Shown one piece after another: positions 55,964 to 64,000 of a DNA stretch of 64,000 nucleotides (position 1 is the stretch's first letter; each line of letters starts with the position of its first letter). The DNA comes from Paracoccaceae bacterium (lineage in GTDB: Bacteria; Pseudomonadota; Alphaproteobacteria; Rhodobacterales; Rhodobacteraceae), in contig PAQV01000011.1 in NCBI GenBank assembly GCA_002709405.1, positions 1,936 to 65,935 of the forward strand, in the 5' to 3' direction. A program made the translations under genes and the position numbers. Below the pieces are notes generated by a model. It was not told where the DNA came from. It saw only the letters and a list, made by a program, of their open reading frames with translations, and made no database searches.

Positions 55964-56707
55964 TTAGCGCGGCTGTTCGTCGTCGTCGCCCGACGGCAGG
56001 TTGAAGAACGAATCCGCGTCGACGATGGGATCGTTGTCCTCTTCGTCGTCGTCATCGGACAGCGAGAACGTCTCCAGGCCCTCGATGGCGGTGGGGATGC
56101 GCGGCTCGGAATCCATTTCCAGCGATTGTTCGGTGCTGACCAGCTTGCGGCGGGCATCGTCGTCCATGACCTCGCCCTCGGCGGCCTTCTTGGCGGCGGC
56201 CTTCTGGACGGCGGCGTCCAGTTCCGACTGCTTGCACAGGCCCAGGGCGACCGGGTCGATCGGCTGGATGTTGGCGATGTTCCAGTGGGTCCGCTCGCGA
56301 ATCGCCTGGATCGTCGGCTTGGTGGTGCCCACCAGTTTCGAGATCTGGGCGTCGGCCAGTTCCGGGTGGAACTTGACCAGCCACAGGATCGAGGCCGGGC
56401 GGTCCTGGCGCTTGGACAGGGGCGTGTAGCGCGGGCCACGGCGCTTTTCCTCGCCTTCGGCGGCGGGGTTCGGCTTGGTCTTCAGCCTGTAAAGCGGGTT
56501 GCCCTCGGCCTTGTCGATTTCGGCCTGGGTCAGCTGGTTGTTGGCGATCGGGTCGAAGCCGCGCACACCTGCGGCGACGTCGCCATCGGCGATGCCCTGG
56601 ATCTCAAGCTCGTGCATGCCGACGAAATCCGCGATCTGCTTGAAGGTCATGGTGGTGTTGTCCACCAGCCAGACCGCCGTGGCGCGCGCGTTGATCAGTC
56701 GTGCCAT
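55964..56707 (-). CDS. DUF1013 family protein (TrcR-like cell-cycle regulator of Alphaproteobacteria)
   Basis: 247 aa. MARLINARATAVWLVDNTTMTFKQIADFVGMHELEIQGIADG.. and the repeat ..ILWLVKFHPELADAQISKLVGTTKPTIQAIRERTHWN match the duplicated DUF1013 module. Acidic tail. Confidence 0.8.
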   Translation of the reverse strand: MARLINARATAVWLVDNTTMTFKQIADFVGMHELEIQGIADGDVAAGVRGFDPIANNQLTQAEIDKAEGNPLYRLKTKPNPAAEGEEKRRGPRYTPLSKRQDRPASILWLVKFHPELADAQISKLVGTTKPTIQAIRERTHWNIANIQPIDPVALGLCKQSELDAAVQKAAAKKAAEGEVMDDDARRKLVSTEQSLEMDSEPRIPTAIEGLETFSLSDDDDEEDNDPIVDADSFFNLPSGDDDEQPR

Positions 56708-56846
56708 GTTTCATGCTCCTTACACACGTACATCTTCCCCGGCGCCTGGAGGGCCAGGCTGCCCGGGTTTTCACCTCGGGCGGGTTTCCGTTGTCGGGGA
56801 ACTTCGCGGCTGTATAGTCGGCAGCAGGCGAAAAGGGAAGAGGCGA

Positions 56847-57521
56847 ATGCTTAAAGGGCTTCACGCATGGATCCGCGGCGGTGTCCTGTCCCTTGGGCTG
56901 ATGGCGGGTGCGGGCCTGGGCGCAGGCTGGGCCGTGGGCCCGGCATGGGCCGACGAACCCGGGGTCTTCGACTATTACGTCATGGCGCTGAGCTGGTCTC
57001 CGAACTGGTGCGCGCTGGAGGGCGACCGCCGCCAGTCGCCGCAATGCGACGAGGATCACGGCTGGATCCTGCACGGGCTGTGGCCGCAATACGAAAGCGG
57101 CTGGCCGGATTATTGCGATACCGCCGAACGGGCGCCTTCGCGGCGGATGACCGGAGAGATGGCGGACATCATGGGCACCTCGGGGCTGGCCTGGCACCAG
57201 TGGAAGAAGCACGGGACCTGTTCGGGCCTGGCGGCGGACGATTACTTTGCCCTGTCGCGGGTGGCCTATGACCGCATCACCCGGCCGCAGGTGTTCCGCA
57301 AGCTGGACGATGCCGTGCGGCTGCCGGCCTCGGTGGTGGAAGAGGCTTTCCTGAAGGACAATCCCGGGCTGGACCCGGACATGCTGACGGTGACCTGCCG
57401 CGACGGCTACGTCCAGGAGGTGCGCGTCTGCCTGACCCGGGGCCTGGAGCCCCGGACCTGCGGGGCGGACACGCGCACCGATTGCACCCTGGACGACGCC
57501 CTGTTCACGCCGATCCGCTAG
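56847..57521 (+). CDS. Ribonuclease T2 family protein, exported
   Basis: 224 aa with a signal peptide. Active-site motifs CAS I ILHGLWPQ and CAS II HQWKKHGTC. Confidence 0.9.
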   Translation: MLKGLHAWIRGGVLSLGLMAGAGLGAGWAVGPAWADEPGVFDYYVMALSWSPNWCALEGDRRQSPQCDEDHGWILHGLWPQYESGWPDYCDTAERAPSRRMTGEMADIMGTSGLAWHQWKKHGTCSGLAADDYFALSRVAYDRITRPQVFRKLDDAVRLPASVVEEAFLKDNPGLDPDMLTVTCRDGYVQEVRVCLTRGLEPRTCGADTRTDCTLDDALFTPIR

Positions 57522-57544
57522 GTGGGGGCTATTTTAGGTGGGGT

Positions 57545-58585
57545 CTATTCGCCCTGGGTCTTGCGCGGCCCTTCGGTGGCCTGCTTGCGCCGCTCGTTGC
57601 GCTTCAGGGCCAGTTCCGGCGTGCGCTGAGAGATCGGGATCGACAGGGCGCGGGCCAGCAGGTCAAGCTGGGCGCTGGAAAAGGCAAAGGTGCCTTCGGC
57701 CGCGGGATCGGGAAAGCGGTCGGCCACGGCATCGAGGGTCGGCAGTTGATAGCCCTCGCCCTCGGGGATCAGCGCCTCCAGGCGCGGGTCGGCCAGGGAG
57801 GTGGTCATGCGATCGAGGAAAGCGGCCAGGTCGGCGCGGGCCAGGGCGGGCTGTTCGGGCTGGATATCGGGCAGGTATTCGCACAGAGGGTCCGAGATCA
57901 CCTGGCTGGACAGGATGCCCAGGTGGGCGTTGAACGCGCGCTGCAATTCCAGCTCTCCGCGGGTCAGGGACCGGTTGACGACGGGCATGTCGGGTTCGGC
58001 GATGGCCCCCGGGTCCAGGCCCAGCCAGGTTTCGAACGTGGCCTTCAGGTCGTCGCGGTGGCGGGAATAGTTGAGGATCGTCAGCTCGCCCTCCAACCCG
58101 CGCACCACCTCGTCCAGCATCAGCAGCCGTTCGGGCCCGTCGTAGCGGCGCAGGAAGGCGGCCAGGTCATCGGTGAACCCGTTGCGCTTGACCACCTGGA
58201 CATAGGACGACACCGCGTGATCCAGCGGGTCTCGGATGTAGTACAGCACCTTCAGGCGGGCATCGGGGAAGGCCTCGCGGATGGACGCGGCGATGGGCCG
58301 GTCGGGCTGGGTCAGGGTCAGGTGCAGGGTCTCGTTCGACCACAGCAGGGTCTGGCTGTCGCGGGCGCCCGGGTAGCGGTCGAGCGTTTCCGACAGCCGG
58401 TCGGTCGGGCGCAGGTTGCCCGACGTCACGCGCCCCAGCCGGGCCCGGGTTTCGGCCCGGGGTTCCAGCGGGTAGTCGATGCCCAGCGCGGCCAGGGACC
58501 GGCGGGCATTGGCCAGGGCGGATTGCAGGTAGGTGCTGCCGGTCTTGCCTGCGCCGACATGCATGTAGATGGTCTGTTCGGTCAT
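57545..58585 (-). CDS. Sulfotransferase-like P-loop protein, hypothetical
   Basis: 346 aa. The N-terminal HVGAGKTGSTYLQS resembles the PAPS 5'-phosphosulfate-binding loop. The rest is not assignable by eye. Confidence 0.5.
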   Translation of the reverse strand: MTEQTIYMHVGAGKTGSTYLQSALANARRSLAALGIDYPLEPRAETRARLGRVTSGNLRPTDRLSETLDRYPGARDSQTLLWSNETLHLTLTQPDRPIAASIREAFPDARLKVLYYIRDPLDHAVSSYVQVVKRNGFTDDLAAFLRRYDGPERLLMLDEVVRGLEGELTILNYSRHRDDLKATFETWLGLDPGAIAEPDMPVVNRSLTRGELELQRAFNAHLGILSSQVISDPLCEYLPDIQPEQPALARADLAAFLDRMTTSLADPRLEALIPEGEGYQLPTLDAVADRFPDPAAEGTFAFSSAQLDLLARALSIPISQRTPELALKRNERRKQATEGPRKTQGE

Positions 58586-58622
58586 TGCGCTCGCGGACCC
58601 CTCGGGCCTTCTTGCCTTAAGC

Positions 58623-59483
58623 TCAAGATACGAAGTCTCCCAGCACGGCGTCCAGTTCCCCGGTCTCGCGCAGATGCTGGGCTATGCCGTGCTTGTCGAA
58701 ATCGTGGCCGTGCAGATGGACCTGCGGATAGCCTTCGATGGCCCGGGCCTGGCGCACGTCGGGCAGGGCCTTGGCTCCGAAATGGATATCGATCCGGCCG
58801 GCGAAATCCGGGTTCATGGCAAAGCTGTTGCGCACGTCGATGTCGGGGCTGCTGAAGTCGATGTCGTGCCGGCGGCTGTCGAAGCTGGCATAGCGGTCGA
58901 AGACACCGGGCAGGACGCGGGTCTGGGGGGCAAAGGCCAGCACCCGGTCGGCGTTCATGCGGATGCCCAGATGCAGCGCGGCGAAGGCCCCAGCGCTGGT
59001 GCCGATGGTCCGCACCGACCGTGTGCCCTTGGGCAGCAGGCCCTGCACCACCTCGACCGTTTCGGACAGGTTGGTGCTGAGCGACAGAAGCCCGCGCTGA
59101 TACCAGCACTGGCGGAAGTCCTTGAGGAAGACCACGTTGCAGCCCCGGTCGACGAAGGAGCGGAAGAACTCCTTGTTGGGCATGCCGAAATGGGTCAGCA
59201 GCCCGGCGCAGGCAACGACGGTGATGTCGGCCCCGGGGGTGCGCAGGATCTCGACCGGAGAAAGCTCGGCCATGGGATCGCCGGTGTCGACGTTGCCGGT
59301 ATCGGAAAAGCGCAGGAACATGGTCTGGACCGACAGAAGCCGTTCCTGCAACTGGCGGATGGCGGCAGCCTGCTTGCGCAGGACGGTGTCGACATCGACG
59401 TCCTTCTGGGCGGCCTTGCGGGCCGGCGTGCCGGGGGTATCCGTGGAGGAGGTGGTGTCCTTGGGCGGGTCCTGGGTCGTCAT
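58623..59483 (-). CDS. Hypothetical protein with an alpha/beta-hydrolase-like nucleophile elbow
   Basis: 286 aa. N-terminal coiled-coil-like region, then ..VRTIGTSAGAFAAL.. (GxSxG). No family recognised. Confidence 0.45.
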   Translation of the reverse strand: MTTQDPPKDTTSSTDTPGTPARKAAQKDVDVDTVLRKQAAAIRQLQERLLSVQTMFLRFSDTGNVDTGDPMAELSPVEILRTPGADITVVACAGLLTHFGMPNKEFFRSFVDRGCNVVFLKDFRQCWYQRGLLSLSTNLSETVEVVQGLLPKGTRSVRTIGTSAGAFAALHLGIRMNADRVLAFAPQTRVLPGVFDRYASFDSRRHDIDFSSPDIDVRNSFAMNPDFAGRIDIHFGAKALPDVRQARAIEGYPQVHLHGHDFDKHGIAQHLRETGELDAVLGDFVS

Positions 59484-59498
59484 CTGTGTCCTTGGGCC

Positions 59499-60014
59499 TT
59501 ATTGGTCGTAGTCGCCGGTCTGGCATTTGCGGGCCGCGGCGATGGCGTCGGCCGTGCCGGTAAGGTCCAGCTGGTAGACCGCCGCGCCCGAGGCGTCGAA
59601 CACGGTCAGGGTCCGGGCCTTGGCGATCTCGTCATAGACCTTGCGGTCGGTGAACACGACCCCTGCCCCGTGCACGGTGCCCATCTGGATCCCCGTAGCC
59701 ACGACCGGCTGGCGCTGGTCGTCCAGGGCGACGACCAGGTCATAGCTTTGGCCCTTGCGCAGGCGTTTCCAGTCGGGATTGAAGATGGCGATATAGCCCT
59801 CGGCCTTGGCCGGATCATAGCCGATGCGGGTCAGGGCCTTGCCGTCGCGGGCCGACTGGATCAGGCAGCCGTTGTTCAGCTCCGGATCCACCATGACGTT
59901 CCAGCCGTTATAGGCCCCGAGGTCGATCAGCTCGGCCCGGGCAAGGCCGGGCAGGGTCGCGGCGCAGGCCAGGACGGCCGCCGTCACCAGGTGTTTCATC
60001 ACGTCGTCCTTCAC
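59499..60014 (-). CDS. Secreted hypothetical protein
   Basis: Signal peptide MKHLVTAAVLACAATLPGLARA (ATG at 59999; the track ORF starts at GTG 60014, overlapping the upstream qor stop by 4 nt). No family recognised. Confidence 0.55.
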   Translation of the reverse strand: MKDDVMKHLVTAAVLACAATLPGLARAELIDLGAYNGWNVMVDPELNNGCLIQSARDGKALTRIGYDPAKAEGYIAIFNPDWKRLRKGQSYDLVVALDDQRQPVVATGIQMGTVHGAGVVFTDRKVYDEIAKARTLTVFDASGAAVYQLDLTGTADAIAAARKCQTGDYDQ

Positions 60015-60985
60015 AATTCGAGGATGGTCGAGCCGGTGGTCTTGCGCGCCTCGAGCGTATCATGGGCCAGGGCGACATCGCGCAGCGGGAAGCGCTGGTC
60101 GATGCGGATCTTCACTGCGCCCGAGGTGACCTTGTCAAAGAGGTGGGCGGCCATTTCCTGGCAGGCCACCGGGTCGGCGATATGGGCAAAAAGCGTGGGC
60201 CGCGTGACCTTGAGCGAGCCCTTCTGGGCCAGCAGCCCGAGGTTGAACGCCTCGACCGCGCCCGAGGCATTGCCGAAGGAAATCATCATGCCCAGCGGCT
60301 TGAGGCTGTCGAGAGAGCCGATGAAGGTGCTTTGGCCGACCGAATCCATGACCACGTCGACACCCTTGCCGTCCGTCAGCTCGCGCACCTTTTCGGTGAA
60401 GTTTTCGGTGTTGTAGTTGATGCAATGCTCGGCCCCGTGCTCCAGGGCCAGGGCGCATTTGGCGTCGGTGCCGGCGGTGCCGATCAGGTGGATGCCCTCG
60501 GATTTCGCCCATTGGCAGGCGATCAGCCCGACGCCCCCGGCGGCGGCGTGGAACAGCACCGTGTCGCCGGCCTTCAGGGGCGTGGTGCGGTGAAAGAGGT
60601 ATTCGACCGTCAGGCCCTTGAGCATCATCGCCGCGGCCTCGTCGAAGGAAATGGCGTCGGGCAGCGGGCAGACCTGGGCGGCGGGCATCACCCGGGCCTC
60701 GCAATAGGCGCCCGGAGGGGCGGCGGCATAGGCGGCCCGGTCACCGGGTTTCAGGTGGGTGACCCCCTCGCCCACGGCCTCGACGATGCCGGCGGCCTCC
60801 ATGCCCAGGGCCTGGGGCAGTTGCAGCGGATACAGCCCGTCGCGCTGGTAGACGTCGATGAAGTTCAGACCGCAGGCCTTGTGAACGATGCGGATCTCGC
60901 CCGGGCCCGGGTCGCCGACCTCGCGGTCCACCAGCTTCAGCTTGTCCGAGCCGCCATGCTCTTCGATGATCGCGGTGAGGGCCAT
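60011..60985 (-). CDS. qor: NADPH:quinone oxidoreductase (zeta-crystallin/MDR family)
   Basis: 324 aa with ..GLNFIDVYQRDGLYP.., ..HAAAGGVGL.. and a C-terminal ..TTGSTILEL typical of Qor. Confidence 0.85.
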   Translation of the reverse strand: MALTAIIEEHGGSDKLKLVDREVGDPGPGEIRIVHKACGLNFIDVYQRDGLYPLQLPQALGMEAAGIVEAVGEGVTHLKPGDRAAYAAAPPGAYCEARVMPAAQVCPLPDAISFDEAAAMMLKGLTVEYLFHRTTPLKAGDTVLFHAAAGGVGLIACQWAKSEGIHLIGTAGTDAKCALALEHGAEHCINYNTENFTEKVRELTDGKGVDVVMDSVGQSTFIGSLDSLKPLGMMISFGNASGAVEAFNLGLLAQKGSLKVTRPTLFAHIADPVACQEMAAHLFDKVTSGAVKIRIDQRFPLRDVALAHDTLEARKTTGSTILEL

Positions 60986-61213
60986 GGGCCACCTCCATTG
61001 TTCCGTGCGGGGGGTGTCCCCCGGGTCCGTCCTCGTCGGGGGCGATCATGTTCATAATCGGACGGGTTTACCAAGACCCCATCTAAATCGGTCAAATTTG
61101 ATCGTTTGGCCAAAAACCGTGCTACGCTTCCTGCATGCGTCGCCGGGCAGATCGGCCAAAGCGACCGATCTCCGCCCGGGGCACCAACCCAATCCAACGG
61201 GAAAGGAGACGAC

Positions 61214-62071
61214 ATGACCCAGACTATCGGAAATCCGCTGAGCTGGACGGCGCAGGCGGTCGGCGCCACGGGGTCTCACCTTGCCGAAACCGCGTCCGAG
61301 ATCGGCAGCGGGGTGGATGCTCACCCACCCCGGATCCAGGTTCTGACCCGAGACGACATTGTCCATGCGTTGCGGGCCGGATGGGACGACATGCAGGCCC
61401 TGCGCGCGGATGCGCTGTGCCTGGTGGCCATCTACCCGCTGATCGGGCTGACCCTGATCACCATGAGCTTCCACGCCGGGCTGATCCCCATGATCGTGCC
61501 TCTGGTCGCGGGGTTTGCCCTGGTCGGGCCGGTGGCCTCGATCGGGTTCTACGAGATGAGCCTGCGGCGGGAAACCGGGCAACAGGTCCACTGGCGCGAC
61601 GCGTTTTCAGTGCTGAAAACGCCTTCGTTCGGATCCATTGCGGCGCTGGCGGTCTACCTGCTGGCGATGATGATGGTCTGGATGATGCTGGCCGGCTGGA
61701 TCTACAACGTGACCCTGGGGCCCGAACCTCCGGCCTCGCTGAGCGCCTTCGCGCGCGACATCTTCACCACCTTCCGGGGTTGGGAGATGATCGCCATGGG
61801 CGCGGTGATCGGCGGCGTGATGGGGGCGGCGGTGCTGGCCGTGTCCGTGGTGTCGGTGCCGCTGCTGGTGGACCGCAAGGTCGGGCTGCCGGTGGCCGTG
61901 GTGACATCGGTCCGGGTGGCGCTGAAGAACCCGGGCGTCATCCTGGCCTGGGGCGGGATCGTGCTGGGCGCGCTGGTGCTGGGGGCCCTGCCCTTCATGC
62001 TGGGCCTGGTGATCGTGCTGCCCGTGCTGGGCCATGCCACCTGGCACCTGTATCGCCGGGCCGTGCCGTAG
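61214..62071 (+). CDS. DUF2189-like integral membrane protein
   Basis: 285 aa from MTQTIG (AAAGGAG upstream). Five or six TM helices. The pattern ..LRAGWDDM.. / ..GPV.A.GFYE.SRR.E.G matches DUF2189 as I recall it. Confidence 0.6.
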   Translation: MTQTIGNPLSWTAQAVGATGSHLAETASEIGSGVDAHPPRIQVLTRDDIVHALRAGWDDMQALRADALCLVAIYPLIGLTLITMSFHAGLIPMIVPLVAGFALVGPVASIGFYEMSLRRETGQQVHWRDAFSVLKTPSFGSIAALAVYLLAMMMVWMMLAGWIYNVTLGPEPPASLSAFARDIFTTFRGWEMIAMGAVIGGVMGAAVLAVSVVSVPLLVDRKVGLPVAVVTSVRVALKNPGVILAWGGIVLGALVLGALPFMLGLVIVLPVLGHATWHLYRRAVP

Positions 62072-62131
62072 AACGGCCACCGGCACCGGCAACGACAAGA
62101 CCGGCAACGACAAGGGTGAAGGTCGCGGGGG

Positions 62132-63118
62132 TTACTCCGCGACCTTCAGGACGATCTTGCCGATATGGCCCGAGCCTTCCATGCGCACATGGGCGGCCGC
62201 GGCCTCGGACAGGGGGAATTCGCTGTCCATGACCGGGGCGACACGCCCGGCATCCAGCAGGGGCCAGACATGGGCGCGCAGATCGTCGGCGATGCGCGCC
62301 TTGGCCAGGTCGCTTTGCGGGCGCAGGGTCGAGCCGGTGATCGTCAGCCGGCGCATCATGACCTGGGCAAAGTTCAACGCGACCTTGGGGCCCTGCAGGA
62401 AGGCGATCTGGACCAGCCGGCCTTCCTCGGCCAGGGCCTTGACGTTGCGGGGCAGGTAATCGCCGCCGACCATGTCGAGGATCAGGTTCGCCCCGCCCTC
62501 GCCGCGCAGCACGTCCACGAAATCCTCGTCGCGGTAGTTGATCGCCCGTTCAGCCCCGAGCGCCAGGCACGCCTTGCACTTCTCGGCCGATCCGGCGGTG
62601 GCAAAGACCCGCGCGCCGAACAGCTTGGCCAGCTGGATCGCCGTCGTGCCGATGCCCGAGGACCCGCCGTGCACGAGGAACCGCTCGCCGGCCTTCAGGC
62701 CGCCCCGGTCGAAGACATTGGTCCAGACGGTGAAATAGGTCTCGGGCAGGCAGGCCGCCTCTTTCAGGCCCAGCCCGTCGGGCACCGGCAGGCAATGGGC
62801 CGCGGGCGTGGCCACGTATTCGGCATAGCCCCCGCCGGGCAGCAGGGCGCAGACCTGGTCGCCCAGGCCCACGTTGGTCACCCCATCGCCCAGGGCCACC
62901 ACCTCGCCCGAGGCTTCAAGGCCGGGCAGATCGCTGGCCTCGGGGGGCGGCGCGTAAGAGCCCGCGCGTTGCAGGGCGTCGGGCCGGTTCACCCCGGCAT
63001 AGGCCACCTTGAGGATGACCTGGCCGTGGCGGGGCTTGGGAATGGGGCGGGTGGTCAGTTTCAGCACCTCGGGGCCACCGGGGGCGGTGATCTCGACGGC
63101 GCGCATGGTGTCGGTCAT
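62132..63118 (-). CDS. NAD(P)H-quinone oxidoreductase (PIG3/MDR family)
   Basis: 328 aa from MTDTMRAVEIT. Motifs ..AGVNRPDALQRAGSYAPPP.. and ..VHGGSSGIGTTAIQLAK... Confidence 0.85.
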   Translation of the reverse strand: MTDTMRAVEITAPGGPEVLKLTTRPIPKPRHGQVILKVAYAGVNRPDALQRAGSYAPPPEASDLPGLEASGEVVALGDGVTNVGLGDQVCALLPGGGYAEYVATPAAHCLPVPDGLGLKEAACLPETYFTVWTNVFDRGGLKAGERFLVHGGSSGIGTTAIQLAKLFGARVFATAGSAEKCKACLALGAERAINYRDEDFVDVLRGEGGANLILDMVGGDYLPRNVKALAEEGRLVQIAFLQGPKVALNFAQVMMRRLTITGSTLRPQSDLAKARIADDLRAHVWPLLDAGRVAPVMDSEFPLSEAAAAHVRMEGSGHIGKIVLKVAE

Positions 63119-63231
63119 GGTCAGTGATCCTTCTGGCTGGCACTGGCCTACCACCCCTAAGGGAAAGCGGAAAGTGCCACCTTTTCGGGGTGTCATGCGT
63201 GGGTGTCGCGGGGTGGGGTGCAGCGCGGCCC

Positions 63232-63300
63232 GGTCAGGAGTGGCAGGTCAGGATTGGCCTGATCAGGACTGGCCTGATCAGGACTGGCGGGTCACTGGCC
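63232..63300. repeat. Tandem 15-bp repeat, about 4.5 copies, containing the palindrome CCTGATCAGG twice
   Basis: GGTCAGGAGTGGCA / GGTCAGGATTGGCCT / GATCAGGACTGGCCT / GATCAGGACTGGCGG / GTCACTGGCC. CCTGATCAGG at 63258-63267 and 63273-63282. Lies between the COQ9-like stop and the quinone oxidoreductase start. Confidence 0.8.
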
Positions 63301-63978
63301 GGAAAAGGGCATGTCCACGTGGCGCGGCTTGCGCATGGGTGCGCGGATCTTCTGGCCCAGCCAGTTGGGCCCGGCCATGAAGGGTTTCAGCAGCGGGTTC
63401 TCGTTCACCTGGGCCTTCAGCTTTTCGACCTGCATGACATTGTCGACCCGGCGGTCGAGAAAGTCCCACGTGGCCTCGGACCCGTCGCTGTCGTCACCCA
63501 GCCAGTAGAGCACCGTGGCCGAGATCACGGCCGTCAGCGAAGCCCGCTTGGTGTACCAGTTGACGTCGTCGGACCTGTCGCCCAGGGCGTCCCAGATCAT
63601 GTCCGCCGTGGTCCAGAGCGCCTTGGCCCCGTCGCCGGCATATTGCGGCAGGGCAAAGAGCGTCATGCCCCGGCGCACGGCCTCCTTGTCGCCGACCTCG
63701 ATCCGGGCGCGCACGGCGGCAATGACCTTGTCGCGGAACCTCAGGTCGGACATGTCCATCGACCGGATCCTGTCCAGCATCTGGCTGTCGCCCCGGGCGT
63801 GGTAGGCCAGGGCCAGGTCGACAGGCCCCCGGGGCAGCACGGCCCGGGCCAGCGCGGGATCGACCCCGGCATCGGCCACCGCGGCCTTGAGCGTTGCGTC
63901 CGACCAGCCGTCGAAGGCCACATGCATCATCGCCGCGTCGAGGATGGCCGACTTTATGTCTTCGTAGGGCGTCGTCAT
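63292..63978 (-). CDS. COQ9-family (ubiquinone biosynthesis-related) protein
   Basis: 228 aa from MTTPYEDIK (GGAGA upstream). The pattern ..ILDAAMMHVAFDGWSD..L..A..., ..R.RIE.. and WY.KR..L..V..AT.LYW is as in bacterial COQ9-like proteins. Confidence 0.7.
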   Translation of the reverse strand: MTTPYEDIKSAILDAAMMHVAFDGWSDATLKAAVADAGVDPALARAVLPRGPVDLALAYHARGDSQMLDRIRSMDMSDLRFRDKVIAAVRARIEVGDKEAVRRGMTLFALPQYAGDGAKALWTTADMIWDALGDRSDDVNWYTKRASLTAVISATVLYWLGDDSDGSEATWDFLDRRVDNVMQVEKLKAQVNENPLLKPFMAGPNWLGQKIRAPMRKPRHVDMPFSGQ

Positions 63979-64000
63979 GGGATGTCTCCGGTCTTGCATG

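Noticed and set aside
63232-63300. Possible CRISPR array
   Set aside because: The units are 15 bp and directly abutting, with no unique spacers. There are only about 4.5 copies and no cas genes, so this is a simple tandem repeat.

Overview
High-GC (about 65%) chromosomal segment that looks alphaproteobacterial, probably Rhodobacterales-like; this is inferred from gene content only. About 60 protein genes, one tRNA (anticodon CAT) and the SRP RNA (ffs) are supportable. No CRISPR array, transposase, integrase or rRNA was seen. The window has two parts. (1) Left third, about nt 1-23058, looks accessory. It holds an XRE-type gene, a DUF3299 protein and a minimal K+ channel. Then comes an 18-kb run of 16 genes, all on the minus strand (2562-20878). 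The run encodes exported hydrolases: amidohydrolase superfamily x4, a D-aminoacylase type, an M19 dipeptidase and three SxxK serine hydrolases. It also encodes an orphan membrane-fusion protein and an acyl-CoA module (two crotonases, an AMP-ligase, a MaoC hydratase and a family III CoA-transferase). A divergent TPR membrane regulator follows, and the block ends at the 3' end of the tRNA. Four genes of this cluster carry inactivating lesions: in-frame TAG at 7592, TAG at 8244, TGA at 10231, and frameshifts near 6765 and 19066. I saw no lesion in any gene outside the cluster. (2) Right two thirds are housekeeping: hemE/hemC, a YghU-type GST, hemF, clpS, yejABEF, membrane-anchored cytochrome c, pheA, nudC, ffs, dnaX-ybaB-recR, an ECF sigma/anti-sigma pair, a MarR regulator, a DUF1013 (TrcR-like) protein, RNase T2, two quinone oxidoreductases and a COQ9-like protein. 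The most interesting signals are: the decaying hydrolase/CoA cluster; an ankyrin-repeat gene between ffs and dnaX followed by a 20-bp hairpin with a (GGGT)-type G-quadruplex loop; a duplicated 25-nt palindromic element bracketing the hemF start; an unusually long dnaX-ybaB spacer with a gene-remnant-like frame; and several short operator-like repeats. CDS coordinates come from the supplied ORF track, with start codons re-chosen by arithmetic. Coordinates of small non-coding elements were counted by eye and may be off by 1-2 nt. All family assignments rest on motifs I recognise in the translations, not on database searches.
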